From Octopus sinensis (lineage: Eukaryota), in NCBI RefSeq assembly GCF_006345805.1, contig NC_043004.1:13950001-14014000 (forward strand): a stretch of 64,000 nt of DNA, read 5' to 3'. This document shows positions 37,040 to 50,711 of the stretch, piece by piece; the stretch's first letter is position 1; each line of letters opens with the position of its first letter. The notes beneath the pieces are model-generated. The model was given only the letters and a program-made list of their open reading frames with translations, did no database searches and had not been told where the DNA came from. Both the position numbers and the translations under genes were made by a program.

Positions 37040-39690
37040 AGGTCCCACGAAAACATCTGACTGGTTAGCAAAAGGTATTAGTTATCTAGGAGTGGCTGTG
37101 TGGTAAGTAGCTTGCTTACCAACCGCATGGTTCCGTGTTCAGTCCCACTGCGTGGAATCTTGGGCAAGTGTCTTCTACTATAGCCTTGGGCCGACCAAAG
37201 TCTTATGAGTGGATTTGGTAGACAGAAACTGAAAGAAGCCCGTCGTATATATCTATATATATGTGTGTGTGTATGTGTATATTTGTGTACCTATGTTTGT
37301 CCCCGTAGCATTGCTTTACAACCGATGCTGGTGTGTTTATGTCCCCTTAACTTAGCGGTTCGGCAAAAGAACCGATAGAATAAGTACTGGGCTTACAAAG
37401 AATAAGTCCTGGGGTCGATTTGCTCGACTAAAAGCGGTGATCCAACATGGCCGCAGTCAAATGACTGAAACAAGTAAATGAGTAATACCGAAGAATAATG
37501 AAACCAAATTCCCCCAAATCTTTCGGCCCATAACATATCTATCTACGACGTATTAAGTTCTAGCTTCTATCCTTGTGGAGAAAACATACAAAATTAGGGA
37601 ACAGAACGATATTTTCCCAACTGAATAAAAAAAGCTGCTAACAGGGTTCATACAGATGCAAAGACCAACTCTTAATCAATCGCATGATCCTTGGGAACTG
37701 TCATAACAAACGCAGAAATTTCAGTTCTCCATGAATTGATTATAAACGAGCCTTTGACAGCATACCGCTTTCATGGATCTTGAAATCGCCGGATATCTTC
37801 AAAATTTCTCCTGCGATTTCAAACTTTCTGACGCAAAACATTCCAGTAGGGAAAACGAATCTCCAATCATATCACTCTAATGGAGTACAGACCACAAAAA
37901 AATATTAATGTCGGCTGCGGCATTTTCCAAGGAGATTCACTTTCACCTTTAATAGTTTGTATAGCCCTAATACCCGTTACAACTGAACTTAACAGAACAG
38001 GGTATGGATATAAAATTGTTGACAAGAAAATAAGTCATCTATTCTGAATGGATAATTTAAAACTCTTTGACAAAAACGATAATGATCTTGAAGGACTACT
38101 ACGTACTATGAAAGAATTCAGTGATGAGTTCGGGATGGAATTTGGTCTTGATAAATGTTCCAAGGCCAGAAAGAGAAATGGAAGACCTCACACCCAGTGG
38201 TGTTGGATGTTTACACAGTCATAAAAGAACATGAGCAGGAACAAACGTACAAATGTCTCGGAATAAATGAGGACTCTGGCATACAACATGCAAGCATGAA
38301 ACAACATCAGGAAAGAATGTTACAGGAGAGTTCGAATAGTTCTAAAATCTGAGTTAAATGCACGTAACAAGGTGTTAGCTATAAATTTCTTAGCAGTTCT
38401 TGTTATTTACAGTTTCAATATGTTGAACTGGAATATGAGCGAAATAAGGAAGATTCATAGGAAAATCCGTAAGTTGCTGACTTACAATAAGATGCACCAC
38501 CCAAAGGCAGATACAATTTTAAATATTCTACAAAACCAACAAAATTGAACTGGGAAAATATCTTGAAAGATCTAAAGACTGGATGTTAAAACACGTTGAA
38601 AACCATAAAAGACGTAAGAAACTTCATTCTGTTATGAAGTAGACCAAAAACTTTATGCATAATACCAAGTTTGAACAGCCTGATGGCAGTGCGGCAATTG
38701 TAGTTGCAAAGAAGGTGAAATCAATAGCAAAGCAAAATGCGTTTGAACAATTGGTTGATAGGTGGAAACAAAAACCGCTGCATGGCAAATATGTGGCCCG
38801 TAGCAAACAAGCTGATTTAGACCAGAAGCACATTCATCAGTGACTACGGAGCTCAGAGCTAAAGGCAGAGAGTAAAGGCTTTATATTGGCTGTTCAAGAT
38901 CAGGGCTTATTGACCCGGAACTCTCAAGCCAGTGTAATGAAAAATGGTGTAGACCCAAAATGCCGATAATGCAACGATGGGATTGAAACAGTGGACCACG
39001 TAATCTCTGGGTGTAAGGTTTTAGTGCCCGTAGAGTACGAATCAAGACATGGCACAGTTGGCCAAAATTTACGTTGGATAATGTGCCGGCATTATAAAAT
39101 CAAAACTACTGACAAATGGTACAAGCACCACACCGAGGCTGTAACTGAGGGAAAAATGTAACTATTCTATGGGACCTCCCAGTGTGTACAGATCCCTCCA
39201 TCAAAGCGAATAAACCAGATATTGTTGTGGAAGACCAAAAGAATGAAGTTTGTTTATTGATTGACAATAGTATACGCAATGACCATAATATCTCGGTAAA
39301 AAATTTGATAAGCTCAGAAAGTATAAAGATTTTCTAATCGAAATCAAAAAGATGATGTATCTCATGACAGTTACAATATCAATAATTGCAAGAATGATCC
39401 CTGGCTTACCATCCATGCAGGAAGTGAAAAAGTTTGTCTTAACTGGTACGACACAGGTACTGAGAAGAGCATTGTCGATGTGGACTTTCTTTTTCACTTT
39501 TATTTTCTTTGTTTACTTTTTTATTTTTCCTTTTCTCTCTATTATTCTTCCCCCTTTTCTCTATCACAGGACTTTGTAAATGAACAATCTGGTGTGTTTA
39601 TTTTATTGGCCTACTAATGTATACAGTGCGTTTCTCTGCCCTAAGCGTCAGGAAGACACTTGGCATGAAATGGAAACAGAATTGGAAGAA
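37037..39690 (+). mobile_element. R4/Dong-clade non-LTR retrotransposon copy A (5'-truncated, degenerate, SINE-interrupted)
   Basis: Starts after (AAT)n at 36865-37036. Encodes FRPIT, CKDQLLINRMIL, IDYKRAFDSIP, FQGDSLSP, DKCSKA, then CR.C.....ETVDHVISGC and KPDIVV...VLRRALSM. Ends at (AAT)n. Confidence 0.9.
37089..37466 (+). mobile_element. tRNA-derived SINE family 1, full length, inserted inside Dong copy A
   Basis: Head ggagtggctgtgtggtaagtagcttgc, internal (TA)(TG) tract, tail ctgaaacaagtaaa. Splits the Dong reading WLAKGI.YL / PKNNETK. Confidence 0.9.
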
Positions 39691-39746
39691 GATGATAATG
39701 AAAATAATAATAATAATGATAATAATAATGATAATAATAATAATAA

Positions 39747-39833
<87 letters not shown>

Positions 39834-39834
<1 letters not shown>

Positions 39835-40423
39835 TCATGTCACAGACATGACAGAGTTGGAACCTACATACATTGGAAGCTATGCCAACATTATGGAATA
39901 ACAACAGAAAAAAGATGGTATAGGCACACACCAGAAAAGGTCACAGAAAACGAGAAAGCAACCATACTCTGGGATATGCCGATACACACAGATAGAGAAA
40001 TTAAGGCTAACAGACCAGATATAGTTGTCAGAGATCATGAAGGAAAAAAATGCTTTCTAATTGATGTATCAATACCGGCAGATGACAACGTATCTCTAAA
40101 AGAAATGGAGAAACTCTCAAAATACAAAGACCTGGAAATAGAGGTAACTAGAATGTGGAATCTGAAAACAGAAACAATTCCTATCATAGTAGGTGCACTA
40201 GGCATGATAAAAAAATATTCAGACAAATACATAACAAAAACACCAGGACTTACAAACACATATAACATACAGAAAATTGCACTACTAGGCACTGCACACA
40301 TCCTACGCAGAACACTTTCCATACAATAACCATCAGAGCATCACAACAAATCACAGCACATACCCAAGGCACACAGAGCTGCGCTCGGTAGTGAAGTGAA
40401 AGCACGCTATAAAAATAGAACTA

Positions 40424-40426
<3 letters not shown>
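39834..40426 (+). mobile_element. R4/Dong copy B (RLE domain + 3' UTR)
   Basis: Open frame HDRVGTYIHWKLC...ILWDMPIHTDREIKANRPDIVV...CFLIDVSIP...KLSKYKDL...LLGTAHILRRTLSIQ* (PD-D/E-xK endonuclease). (AAT)n on both sides. Confidence 0.95.
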
Positions 40427-40492
<66 letters not shown>

Positions 40493-40494
<2 letters not shown>

Positions 40495-40965
40495 TTCCAG
40501 AAGGAATTAATGAGAATGAAGATTTTAGAATCCTGTGGGATACAATGACTTAGTGTTAACATACGATTGAACTGTGTAGTGAAAAAAAAAAGAAAAAAGA
40601 ACATGCCTGATAATTGGCACAGCATGTCCACGTGACAACAGGATTCACGATAAAGAAGAAAAAGCGAACAGCCATGTTGAGTTGAAGTGATACGCAGGTT
40701 TTAGGCAATGAAGAAAGTGGATGCGACTCCAATAGAGATCGGTGCAATTGAAAGTCTCAGCTACAAACATGGTTCAAAAAGATTAGAACGAATTTAAAGA
40801 AAGAATGCCTACAAAACGTATCGTTGCTTGGAATTGCAGGAGTCCTCTTCATGATACTTGAAGCATGATCAGTAAGCATGTGTCACCTTAGTCTGCTGGT
40901 TGTGGACAGCTAATATTTTCTACCATACCCAGCAAAATAAAGCTGAAAATGTTCATGATACAATA
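40493..40965 (+). mobile_element. R4/Dong copy F (old, divergent RLE fragment)
   Basis: Translates ENEDFRILWD...KRTCLIIGTACPRDNRIHDKEEK...PIEIGA...ECLQNVSLLGIAGVL. Follows (AAT)n at 40427-40492. Confidence 0.65.
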
Positions 40966-41542
40966 ATCATCATTTTTCCTTTTGGGATTTGGTTTGCAAG
41001 ATTATTTATGTGAGTTCGTGTGTTGAAGCATATTCTGTTGTGTTTGGAGAGAGTCATTTTCTTTTTGTGCCTTATAAGTCAAGACTATTGAAAAGGTTGC
41101 AAGACGCAACGAAAATTCTAGGAAAATAAAAATAAGAAATAAGTTGAAATTTTACCGGTGAGTGTGTTAAGGCACAAAAAGAAAATGACTTCCTTCCCCA
41201 GACACAACAAAATAATCATCATTGTTTTTACCATAAGTACAAGACCTGAAATTTCGAGGGAAGGTGACTAGTCGATTACATCGACCCTAGTGATTTGAAC
41301 TCAGAACGTACAGACGGACGAAATGCCGCTAAGCATTTTTCCCAGCGTGCTAACGATTCTGCGAACTCACTGCCTTAATAAAATTCCTATCTACTATAGG
41401 AACAATACCCGAAATTTGGTGAGTAGTCGATTATATTGATCCCAGTGTTTCACAGGTACATAATTTATCGGCTGGTACTTACTTTATCGCCCAGCGATTT
41501 TGCCGCCTCGCAGCCTTCATAATAATAATAATAATAATAATG

Positions 41543-41597
<55 letters not shown>

Positions 41598-42535
41598 GCA
41601 AAGCGAACCAAGCAGACTGCAAAAAAGAACGGGCATAATCAAATTGAGAGGCGGTGGAGCCAGAAGCCCCTGCATGGACAATATATTCTCCGAAACCAAA
41701 ATGCTGATGTAGACCAAGCAACAACCCATCAGTGGCTGAAGGGTTCAGGATTGAAAGCAGAGACTGAAGGCTTCATACTGGCAGCACAAGATCAAAGCTT
41801 GTTTACCAGACATTACCAGGCGGACGAAACGGTACTGACCCTAAATGCAGATTCTGCGACACATTTGACGAAACAATAGACCATCTCGTTTCGGGATGTC
41901 CTGTGCTGACACCAAACGAATACAAAAATCGCCACGATAGGGTAGGACAGTATATACATTGGAAGATATGTAAACACTACAAATTCGGCACTCCTGCTAA
42001 CTGGTATGAACACCATCCTCAGCCAGTTGCTGAAGATAAAAATGTCACCATCCTCTGGGATTTTCCAGTCAACACTAACAGAACGATCAAGGCTAATAGA
42101 CCAGACATAATTGCTAAAGACAGGGACGAAAATACCTGCAGACTAATAGAGGTAAGCGTCCCCACTGATAAAAATATATCTGTAAAGGAATTTGACAGAC
42201 TTAGTAAATATAAGGACCTGGAAATCGAAATACAAAATATGTGGAATCTTAAAACAAAAACTGTTCCTGTTATTGTAGGTGCCATAGGTATGATAAAAAA
42301 GGGATGTCAGAAACACCTAGACAATAACCCTGGAGAATCATGTCTCAAGGAAATCGAAAAGATTGTGCTAACAAGTACTGCCCACATCCTTAGAAAAACC
42401 CTATCAATGTAAATGTTTTTGTTGTATTACATGGAGATATTTCAGCTATATTTCAACAACTCTTACCTTCACTTGCCCTAGGGCGCTAGTGTGCCCCGGC
42501 AAGTGATTGCATCAACATGCAGATTAAAGTAAGAC
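41598..42535 (+). mobile_element. R4/Dong copy C (zinc knuckle + RLE + 3' UTR)
   Basis: Encodes LKAETEGFILAAQDQSL, CRFCDTFDETIDHLVSGC, and ORF 41903-42412 with ILWDFPV..NRPDII...KYKDLEIEI...ILRKTLSM. (AAT)n on both sides. Confidence 0.95.
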
Positions 42536-42567
<32 letters not shown>

Positions 42568-42645
42568 ATAATGATAATATAATAATATAATAATATAATA
42601 TAATAATAATAATATAATAATAATATTAATAATAATAATAAAAAT

Positions 42646-43282
42646 ATGACAAGAAACAATAAATCATATTATCTCTAGCTGCCCAGTCCTGGCTAAGAAG
42701 GAATATATTCACAGACATGACAGAGTTGGAACCTACATACATTGGAAGCTATGCCAACATTATGAATAACACAGAAAAAAGATGGTATAGGCACACACCA
42801 GAAAAGGTCACAGAAAACGAGAAAGCAACCATACTCTGGATATGCCGATACACAAGATAGAGAAATTAAGGCCAACAGACCAGATATAGTTGTCAGAGAT
42901 CATGAAGAAAAAAATGCTTTCTAATTGATGTATCAATACCGCAGATGACAACGTGTCTCTAAAAGAAATGGAGAAACTCTCAAAATACAAGACCTGGAAA
43001 TAGAGGTAACTAGAATGTGGAATCTGAAAACAGAAACAATTCCTATCATAGTAGGTGCATTAGGTATGAAAAAAATATTCAGACAAATACATAACAAAAA
43101 CACCAGGACTTACAACACATATAACATACAGAATATTGCACTACTAGGCACTGCACACATCCTACGCAGAACACTATCCATACAATAACCATCAGAGCAT
43201 CACAACAAATCACAGCACATACCTAAGGCACACAGAGCTGTGCTCGGTAGTGAAGTGAAAGCACGCTATAAAAATAAAACTA

Positions 43283-43285
<3 letters not shown>
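42646..43285 (+). mobile_element. R4/Dong copy D (same subfamily as copy B)
   Basis: Near-identical to 39834-40426 including the 3' UTR, but with several single-base deletions. (AAT)n-rich tracts on both sides. Confidence 0.95.
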
Positions 43286-43359
<74 letters not shown>

Positions 43360-43360
<1 letters not shown>

Positions 43361-45718
43361 TAGCCTCCTTGGCTAGTTAATGGGTTAACATTCCTGCTTC
43401 CAAAAAGTGAAGAAACAAATGAACCAAAAAAACTATAGACCCATAACCTGCTTAACAACTATGTACCAAACACTAACATCTGTCCTGACGGAATATACCT
43501 ATAGTTTTTTAACAGACAGCAGCATATTCCCTAATGAACAGAAAGGATGTAAACGTGGATCCTACGGCTGTAAAGACCAACTACTCATCAATAAGATGAT
43601 CTTAGAAGATTGTCACAAACGACACAAAAACTTATCAATAGCCTGGATAGACTATAAAAAGGCTTTTGATAGCCTACCACATAGCTGGATTAGGAAATGC
43701 CTTGAAATGTATAAGATAGCACCAACTCTGCGAAACTTCTTGACTGTAAGTATGAGATCATGGGAGAACCACACTAACTCTGAACAGTGACAGTGAATCC
43801 CTAATGCTGGTGATGTAAAAATTTCGTGTGGCATTTTCCAGGGTGACTCACTGTCACCACTCCTCTTTTGTTATCCTTAATACCTCTCTCAAAGCTGCTC
43901 AATGACGCGCAGTACGGGTATAAAATGTTTGATAAAAATATAAATCATCTCGTTTACATGGATGATTTAAAGCTTTTTGCAAAAATGATCAACAACTCAA
44001 GGGCTTACTAGCGATAGTCAAACAATTCAGTGACGACATCAGAATGCAATTCGGCCTCGATAAATGTGCAAAGGCTACCTTTATCAAAGGAAAAATGACA
44101 GAAACATCTAACGTTAACCTTGACCAACAGAATGTCATAAAAGAACTAGACCCAGCGGAGAGCTACAAGTACCTAGGGATAATTGAAGGGAACGGAATAA
44201 GGCATTCAGAGATGAAGGAAAGGATCAGGAGAGAATGCTATCGAAGAGTGAGAGCAATACTCAAGACAGAGCTGAATGCAAGAAACAGGATCGAAGCAAT
44301 CAATGCATTAGCTATACCAGTCGTGACTTACAGTTTCAATATTGTTAACTGGTCAATTACTGAAATATGTCAGCTCGACAGAAAAATAAGGAAACTGTTG
44401 ACAATGCATAGAATGCACCACCGTAAGGCAGATACAGAACGACTCTATCTGCCAAGAAAAGAGGGAGGCCGTGGTCTTTTGCAACTGGCAATAACAATGA
44501 AGATTGCTACAATTGGCCTAGACACCTACCTGAAAAACTCTGAGGACTGGATGCTAAAACTTGTCTCAAAACATGAAAACAAGAAAGCATCATACTCAGT
44601 CACAAAACAGGCAAAGGAATATCTAAGTGAAGTCCGAATACAACCAATTTCGGAATTAGAGATAGATATACAAGAAACAAGCACAGAAAAAGCTAGGCGC
44701 ATGAAAACCCGTGCCAAAACTGCGGCCTTAGATATTCTGAATAATAAATGGCAAGAAAAACCTCCCTATGGCAAATACCCAAAGAGAGCGAATAATGCAG
44801 ATATCGACAAAGCCCTGACCCATCAATGGCTAATGGCCTCTGGCTTAAAATCTGAAACAGAGGGGTTTATCATAGCAGCTCAAGATCAATGCCTACCAAC
44901 AAGAAACTACCAGGCTAACATATTAAAGATCAGAAGCAGTCCAACGTGTCGTGTATGCAAGCAAAATGAAACCATTGACCATGTGGTCCAAGTGCAGTCT
45001 TCTAGCGCCTACAGAGTATCTCAACAGGCACGATAGAGCTGCACAATATATTCACTGGGTAATCTGTAAAAACCTGGATTTGCCCCATGAAAAAAACTGG
45101 TGGGAACACAAACCACCCCCAGTGCTTGAAAATGACCACATCTCACTCCTCTGGAACTTCACCATTCAAACTGACAGGAAGATAGATGCAAATAGGCCAG
45201 ACATCATATTGAAAACTTCAAACAAAGAACATGCCTCCTCATTGATATGACTGTCCCAATCGATATAAACGTATCTGTCAAGACCTACCAAAAACTGAGC
45301 AAATATAAAGATCTTGAAATAGAAATCAGCAAAATGTGGAAGCTGAAGACTAAAACAATACCTGTTGTCATAGGTGCCCTGGGATAGCAAAAGTGGCTGA
45401 TAGCTACCTAACTCAGATACCAGGAAACCAAAAATGGCAGAAGTTCAAAAGATAGTGCTCATGGGAACTGCTCATATCCTACGCAAAATACTCTCTATGT
45501 AATCTCAAAGTTTAAAACAAACATAATTTTCGGTTTAAAAAAAAAAAAAAAAAAAACCTTTTTTTTTTAGACATTCATTAGTACAACATCCCCACCCCCC
45601 AAATATATGGCACACTAGGCATAACAACAACATGAACTTCCAACCCTGTTGTCTCTTGAGGTCTCTGGGTGAGACTTGGAGCCAACTTGTACAAATATAA
45701 AGCAAAAGTCAAACATAG
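43360..45718 (+). mobile_element. R4/Dong copy E (RT + zinc knuckle + RLE + 3' UTR)
   Basis: Encodes NYRPITCL, GCKDQLLINKMIL, AWIDYKKAFDSLPHSW, GIFQGDSLSP, YMDDLKL (43955-43975), FGLDKCA, RLYLPRKEGGRGL, CRVCK..ETIDHV and NRPDII. (AAT)n on both sides. Confidence 0.95.
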
Positions 45719-48319
45719 AATAATAATAATAATAATTAATGCCCTGATGCAGTACCAGTCAGTGGCTCTCATGGCTTCTGATCCTAACTGATTGGAAGTG
45801 TTATCATGTACATTGTTTTGTCTTGGTATAAACGGTGGGCTACAGCAAATATTCTGCTTAATACCACTGATTTGCTTGTCAGTTGTTTGACCTTAACCAG
45901 TTGACCTTAGTGGCTGACGATATGTACATCTCTGATCATGAGCAGACGTAGTGGGGGAGCATCATAGCCGTATGCTGAAAGGAATTCTTAGAGGTTTGGA
46001 TAATTCACCTTTGGAAACATGGGTGGTCTGTTCAACATCCTTAAACTATCCTTATTCAGGGTTCTTTTGAGCGAGATGGGCTACTCGACCAGAAGAAAAT
46101 TCTAACTGGGCCCCATCTGCAAGGTCATGCACTGTTTATCTTGATATGAAATCCCGAAAGGCAAAGTCAACCTCGGTAGAATTTTTACTGAGAACGTAGT
46201 AACAGGCGAAATACAACGATTCTGCAAGCTCACCGCCGTATATGTTTTTGGCTATAGGTACAAGGCATGCATTTTTGAAAGTTCAGGTCTTGGACCTACA
46301 GCAAAAAGGTCCATTACACTGATCCCAGTACTCAACTGGTACTTAATAAGTCGACCCCGAAAGGATGATAGGCCAACTTGACGTCGTTGGAATTTGAACT
46401 CAGAACTACAAAGCATATTACATCGACCCTAGTGTTTCACTGGTACTTAATTTATCAACTCCAAAAGGATGAATGGTAAAATCGACCTTGGCGGTATTTT
46501 AAAGTCAGAACGTGAAAACGAATGACAAGCCGCTAAGTATTTTGCCTGGAGTGTTAACAATTTTGTCAGCTTGAAGGCCTCATAATAATAATAATAACAA
46601 TAATCGTTGGAGGACATCTTTTCAATTATAATACTTTGATTTGCTTCTTTTAAATTTTTTTCTCAATTATAAATCTTCACGAAGACTTTTTTCGCAAATT
46701 AAGTTTTTCATTGCAGACTTTATGTTTTTCTTTTTTTTACTTTCTCGAACTGTCATCAGGTGTCAGTTAACTTGTTTTTCATATTCTCTAGACGATTGGT
46801 TTGTAATTGACATCCAATTGGTTTTCATTAACCTGTACTTTTCTTTCCTAATTTCCATTTCAAGTAGATTTTCATAAACACAGCGGTCTGTCGATTTGTA
46901 GTGCTCTGCTGCAACATCTGTTGTTTATCTGTCTCTCACTACTTGTTTATCTGGTCCTCTTTTCATTTAATCGCCTTAACTTCTTCACTCATATATACCC
47001 TCACACCCATTACTTTCTCTCTCCTAACTCTAATTGAGCATATCGGAATGCACAAAACTGTATACGCCCACGTCCTATGCGTGCTGCTGGAAGCTTCTAT
47101 TTCTTTATTCGGTTTTCTGTCAATTTTCCTACATTCAAACATGTGTACATACAAAATAGCCACGCATACTCATATGTATAAATACAAACATAAACACATA
47201 GTCATACACACACATAAATAGCTACATACGTACGTGCATACTTATAACATTGTTATACAAAGGTAGTGTAGTCTCAGATGAAATTCCTCTCTCCTATTTA
47301 TCATATATACGTGCATTCGAACTTATCAAGGAATAGCAAGCCTTTGGGCGCTATTTGGATCCCGTTGTGTCCACTACTCAGATTGGTTGGTATTGGCACA
47401 ATTTGTCTCTTACTCGATTGCGCCAACTTGTCATGTATAACCAGTCAGAGACACCAAATAGGATCGCGTGGGACAGCCTGTTCACTACCCTGATTGAGCT
47501 TACATTTCCTTAAAAAATTCAGGTTTTTCTTGTTCCGAGGTCTTTGGTTCCAGACCTTTTAAGGCTTAGCAACTGACCATAAAGACACAGCCAGTTCCAG
47601 CGACAACGCCAGAGAAACTCACCGCCACAGCAGCTACGTTGAGAATTACCAACTTCGTCCAACAGTATTACTGCAACCCCCTTCTTCGTCGCCGCCATCA
47701 TGTCCTTCTTAACGTCAACATCATCCCTCTACGTACACAGCTCAGCAAGCAATTCACTCGGCAAACAATTCACTGTTCGTCAATACTTCACTACGAATCA
47801 ACAACGAGTATATAACCTGCATGAACTCCTGTAACTAGTGACCCAAGTAGCAGCATCACAGCCACGACTTCACGTACCTGCACCTGTAACTGGCTCCGCA
47901 TCATAGCCGCCACTTCTTGATACAGTATTTCAACTACGGTGTACGACTGACTACGAAATAATATTATATTTCTTGTATCTATGAACTTAGTTCTCACTTC
48001 GATGGCTATAAACTCTTTCAGATTTCTTCTCATTGCTATCCTTAAATGTTCTTCACACGCACATACAACTATGCCCACATACACACATACAGTTTGTTCT
48101 CATGACGGCCTGTCTATTATTCTGTATACATGACGCACCCATAAACACACATGTTATCATATCAATATATGATCTCTTAATCATTCTACGTGATTGCGTC
48201 TTTTTTCCCCTCTGGCAGTTAATTGTACTATTCGACATCTCTCTGTTGTAAGGGCTGAGTGATGTGGTACGAAGGGGTCATTCTCGTCACTCCACATCGA
48301 ACGGCTCCTTTATCTTTTC

Positions 48320-48710
48320 TTTTACTTGTTTCAGTCATTAGACTGTGGTCATGCTGGGACAACGCCTTGAGTAATATTTAAGGGAATGAATCGATCCTAG
48401 TATCTATATTTAAAGCTTGGTACTTGTTATATTGGTCTCTTTTGCCAACCGACTAACAAGTTACGGAGACACAAACACACAAACACCGGTTTCAAGCGGC
48501 AGTTGGGACACACACACACACGCATACACACACACACAACAACATATACGATAGACTTCTTTCAGTTTCCATCAACCAAATCCACTCGCATTTTGGTCGG
48601 CCAGGGCCTATAGAAGACACTTCCCACGGTGCTACGCAATAGGATTGAACCCAAAATTCTGTCGTTGCAAAGCAATCTTCTTACCACACAGCCACGATTG
48701 CGCCACGCCT
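48320..48710 (-). mobile_element. tRNA-derived SINE family 1, degenerate full copy
   Basis: Reverse complement of the 55080-55548 consensus including the internal (CA)n tract. Confidence 0.8.
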
Positions 48711-50680
48711 GTTAGCTTATGTATGTAAACACCAAAACAATCATATATACATACATACATACATACATACGTACATACATACACACGTACAAACAGACAT
48801 GCATTAATAATTGCATACAATACATACGTGCATGTATTCATAAGTATAGCGACATACAGGCATATCTTCGTGCATATCTCATACAAATACACACACACAC
48901 ATACATACATACATACACACACACTCACAGGCATTATTATAGACGTATATTTAATAATGTTGATGATCATTACTTGTCAATGAACTGTAAAGCGATGAGA
49001 ATTTAACCTATCTATTTTGTATGCTTACTATATGTATGAAGATAGGAAATAACACAAGATATTCAATTTCTAAATATGATTTCATTTTTAAACTCAGATA
49101 TTCTTTTATACTCTAAGCAGAAGGCCCGACATTTTGTGGGAGGGGACCAGTCGATTAGATCGATTCCAGTACGAAACTGATACTTGATTTATTGACACCG
49201 AAAGGATGAAAGGCAAAGTCGATCTCGGCGGAATTTGAACTCAGGACGTAAAGACAGACGAAATGCCGCTAAGCATTTCGCCTTATTGAAATAAGGTGGC
49301 CAGTTAGTACAATGATAGGCAAGTTGCTTAGCAACATCTCGTCCGCCTTTATTTTCTTAGTTTAAATTTCACGGATTTAGACTGTACCTTTCATCCTTTT
49401 GGGAACCAAAAAAATAAAATAAGTACCAGTTAAGTACTGGGGATGATGTTATTAAGTTCGTCCTCTCCTTAAACCTGCTGACCATGTGGCAAAATTTGAA
49501 TCCATTATTACAGGTTGATCTAAGACAGAGAACTGGTAGAAAAGTTAGCTTCTTAGGCAAGAAACTTAGTAGCATTTAGCCGTCTTTACATTCTGAGTTC
49601 AAATTCTTCCGAGGTCGTCTTTGACTTTCATACATTCTGAGCCTATAATTTAAGTGTCCATCGAGTCCTGGGATGATGTAATCTGTAAGACCCCTCCCAG
49701 AAAAGTTTAGGGCTTGTTTTTATTGTAGAAAGGATTATTACAGGAGGAAGAATGTATGTATTAACCCACAAAGATAAAGATATACATCAACATAGTTTCT
49801 TGAAGAACGAGCATAGTATCATAATTCACAAGCAACAAAGTGGTGTATTTGCTTAGTGTTAGAGCAGTCCTGATGTAGGAAGCGTATCATCCAAATTAGT
49901 ACTACCGTAAAATTCATGAATGTATAGGGAGCACAAAACCATATTGCCAAATGCGTTCATTTCTTACACAGCGGTGTGTGATTTGAAGGGGGTTTTGCTG
50001 ATGTTTCTAGCAGACCAAGCGACCACTCAGGGGCTCTTTCGTTGTCTCATATGAAAATCAAACTGCGAGAATTTCTTTAAATTTAAGAAATAAATGAGTG
50101 CGCAAACGATGCTGCAAAGTGGCTCACCAGGAACCATGCAACAAGACATCTTTATGTTAATAACTAAGCAAAGTTGTTCTGGAGCAGGTGGTAATACCAA
50201 GCTAATAATGTACATTTTTACCTGTAATTATTAACACATTTAGTTATAATATTTCGTGTTTAATTTCTTCGAGAAAAAAGATTGTTTTTCAGACAACGAA
50301 AAATCATTTTATTCTCAAAATTTTAATCTGTATGTGTATCCATAAAAATATAATAATTTTTTTTTTCCAAATTTCCATATGGATTGCTTTACTGTTGATT
50401 TTTATCTAAAAATCTAATAATAGAAATGTGTTTCTTTGCAAGAAATGAAATTCTGCTTTATACGAAAATTTCAGAAAAGAAAAAGAATAATTTGAATGCT
50501 AAATAAGAAGCCTGTACATATATCGATGCATTATGCTTTGCAGTTTTGATACACTCCCATAGACTTTCAATGTCGTCTAAACATCTGTACTTCCACACTT
50601 TCTCTTCGACCGCTATTAATGTCTCTCTATTTCTTTCTCTGATTCTCTCTCCTTCTTTCACTTTCTCACTCTCTTTCTCA

Positions 50681-50711
<31 letters not shown>

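Noticed and set aside
45740-46065. Possible HDV-like ribozyme (GCCCTGA could pair with TCAGGGT at 46056-46062)
   Set aside because: P3 does not pair and the GG needed for P1.1 is absent.
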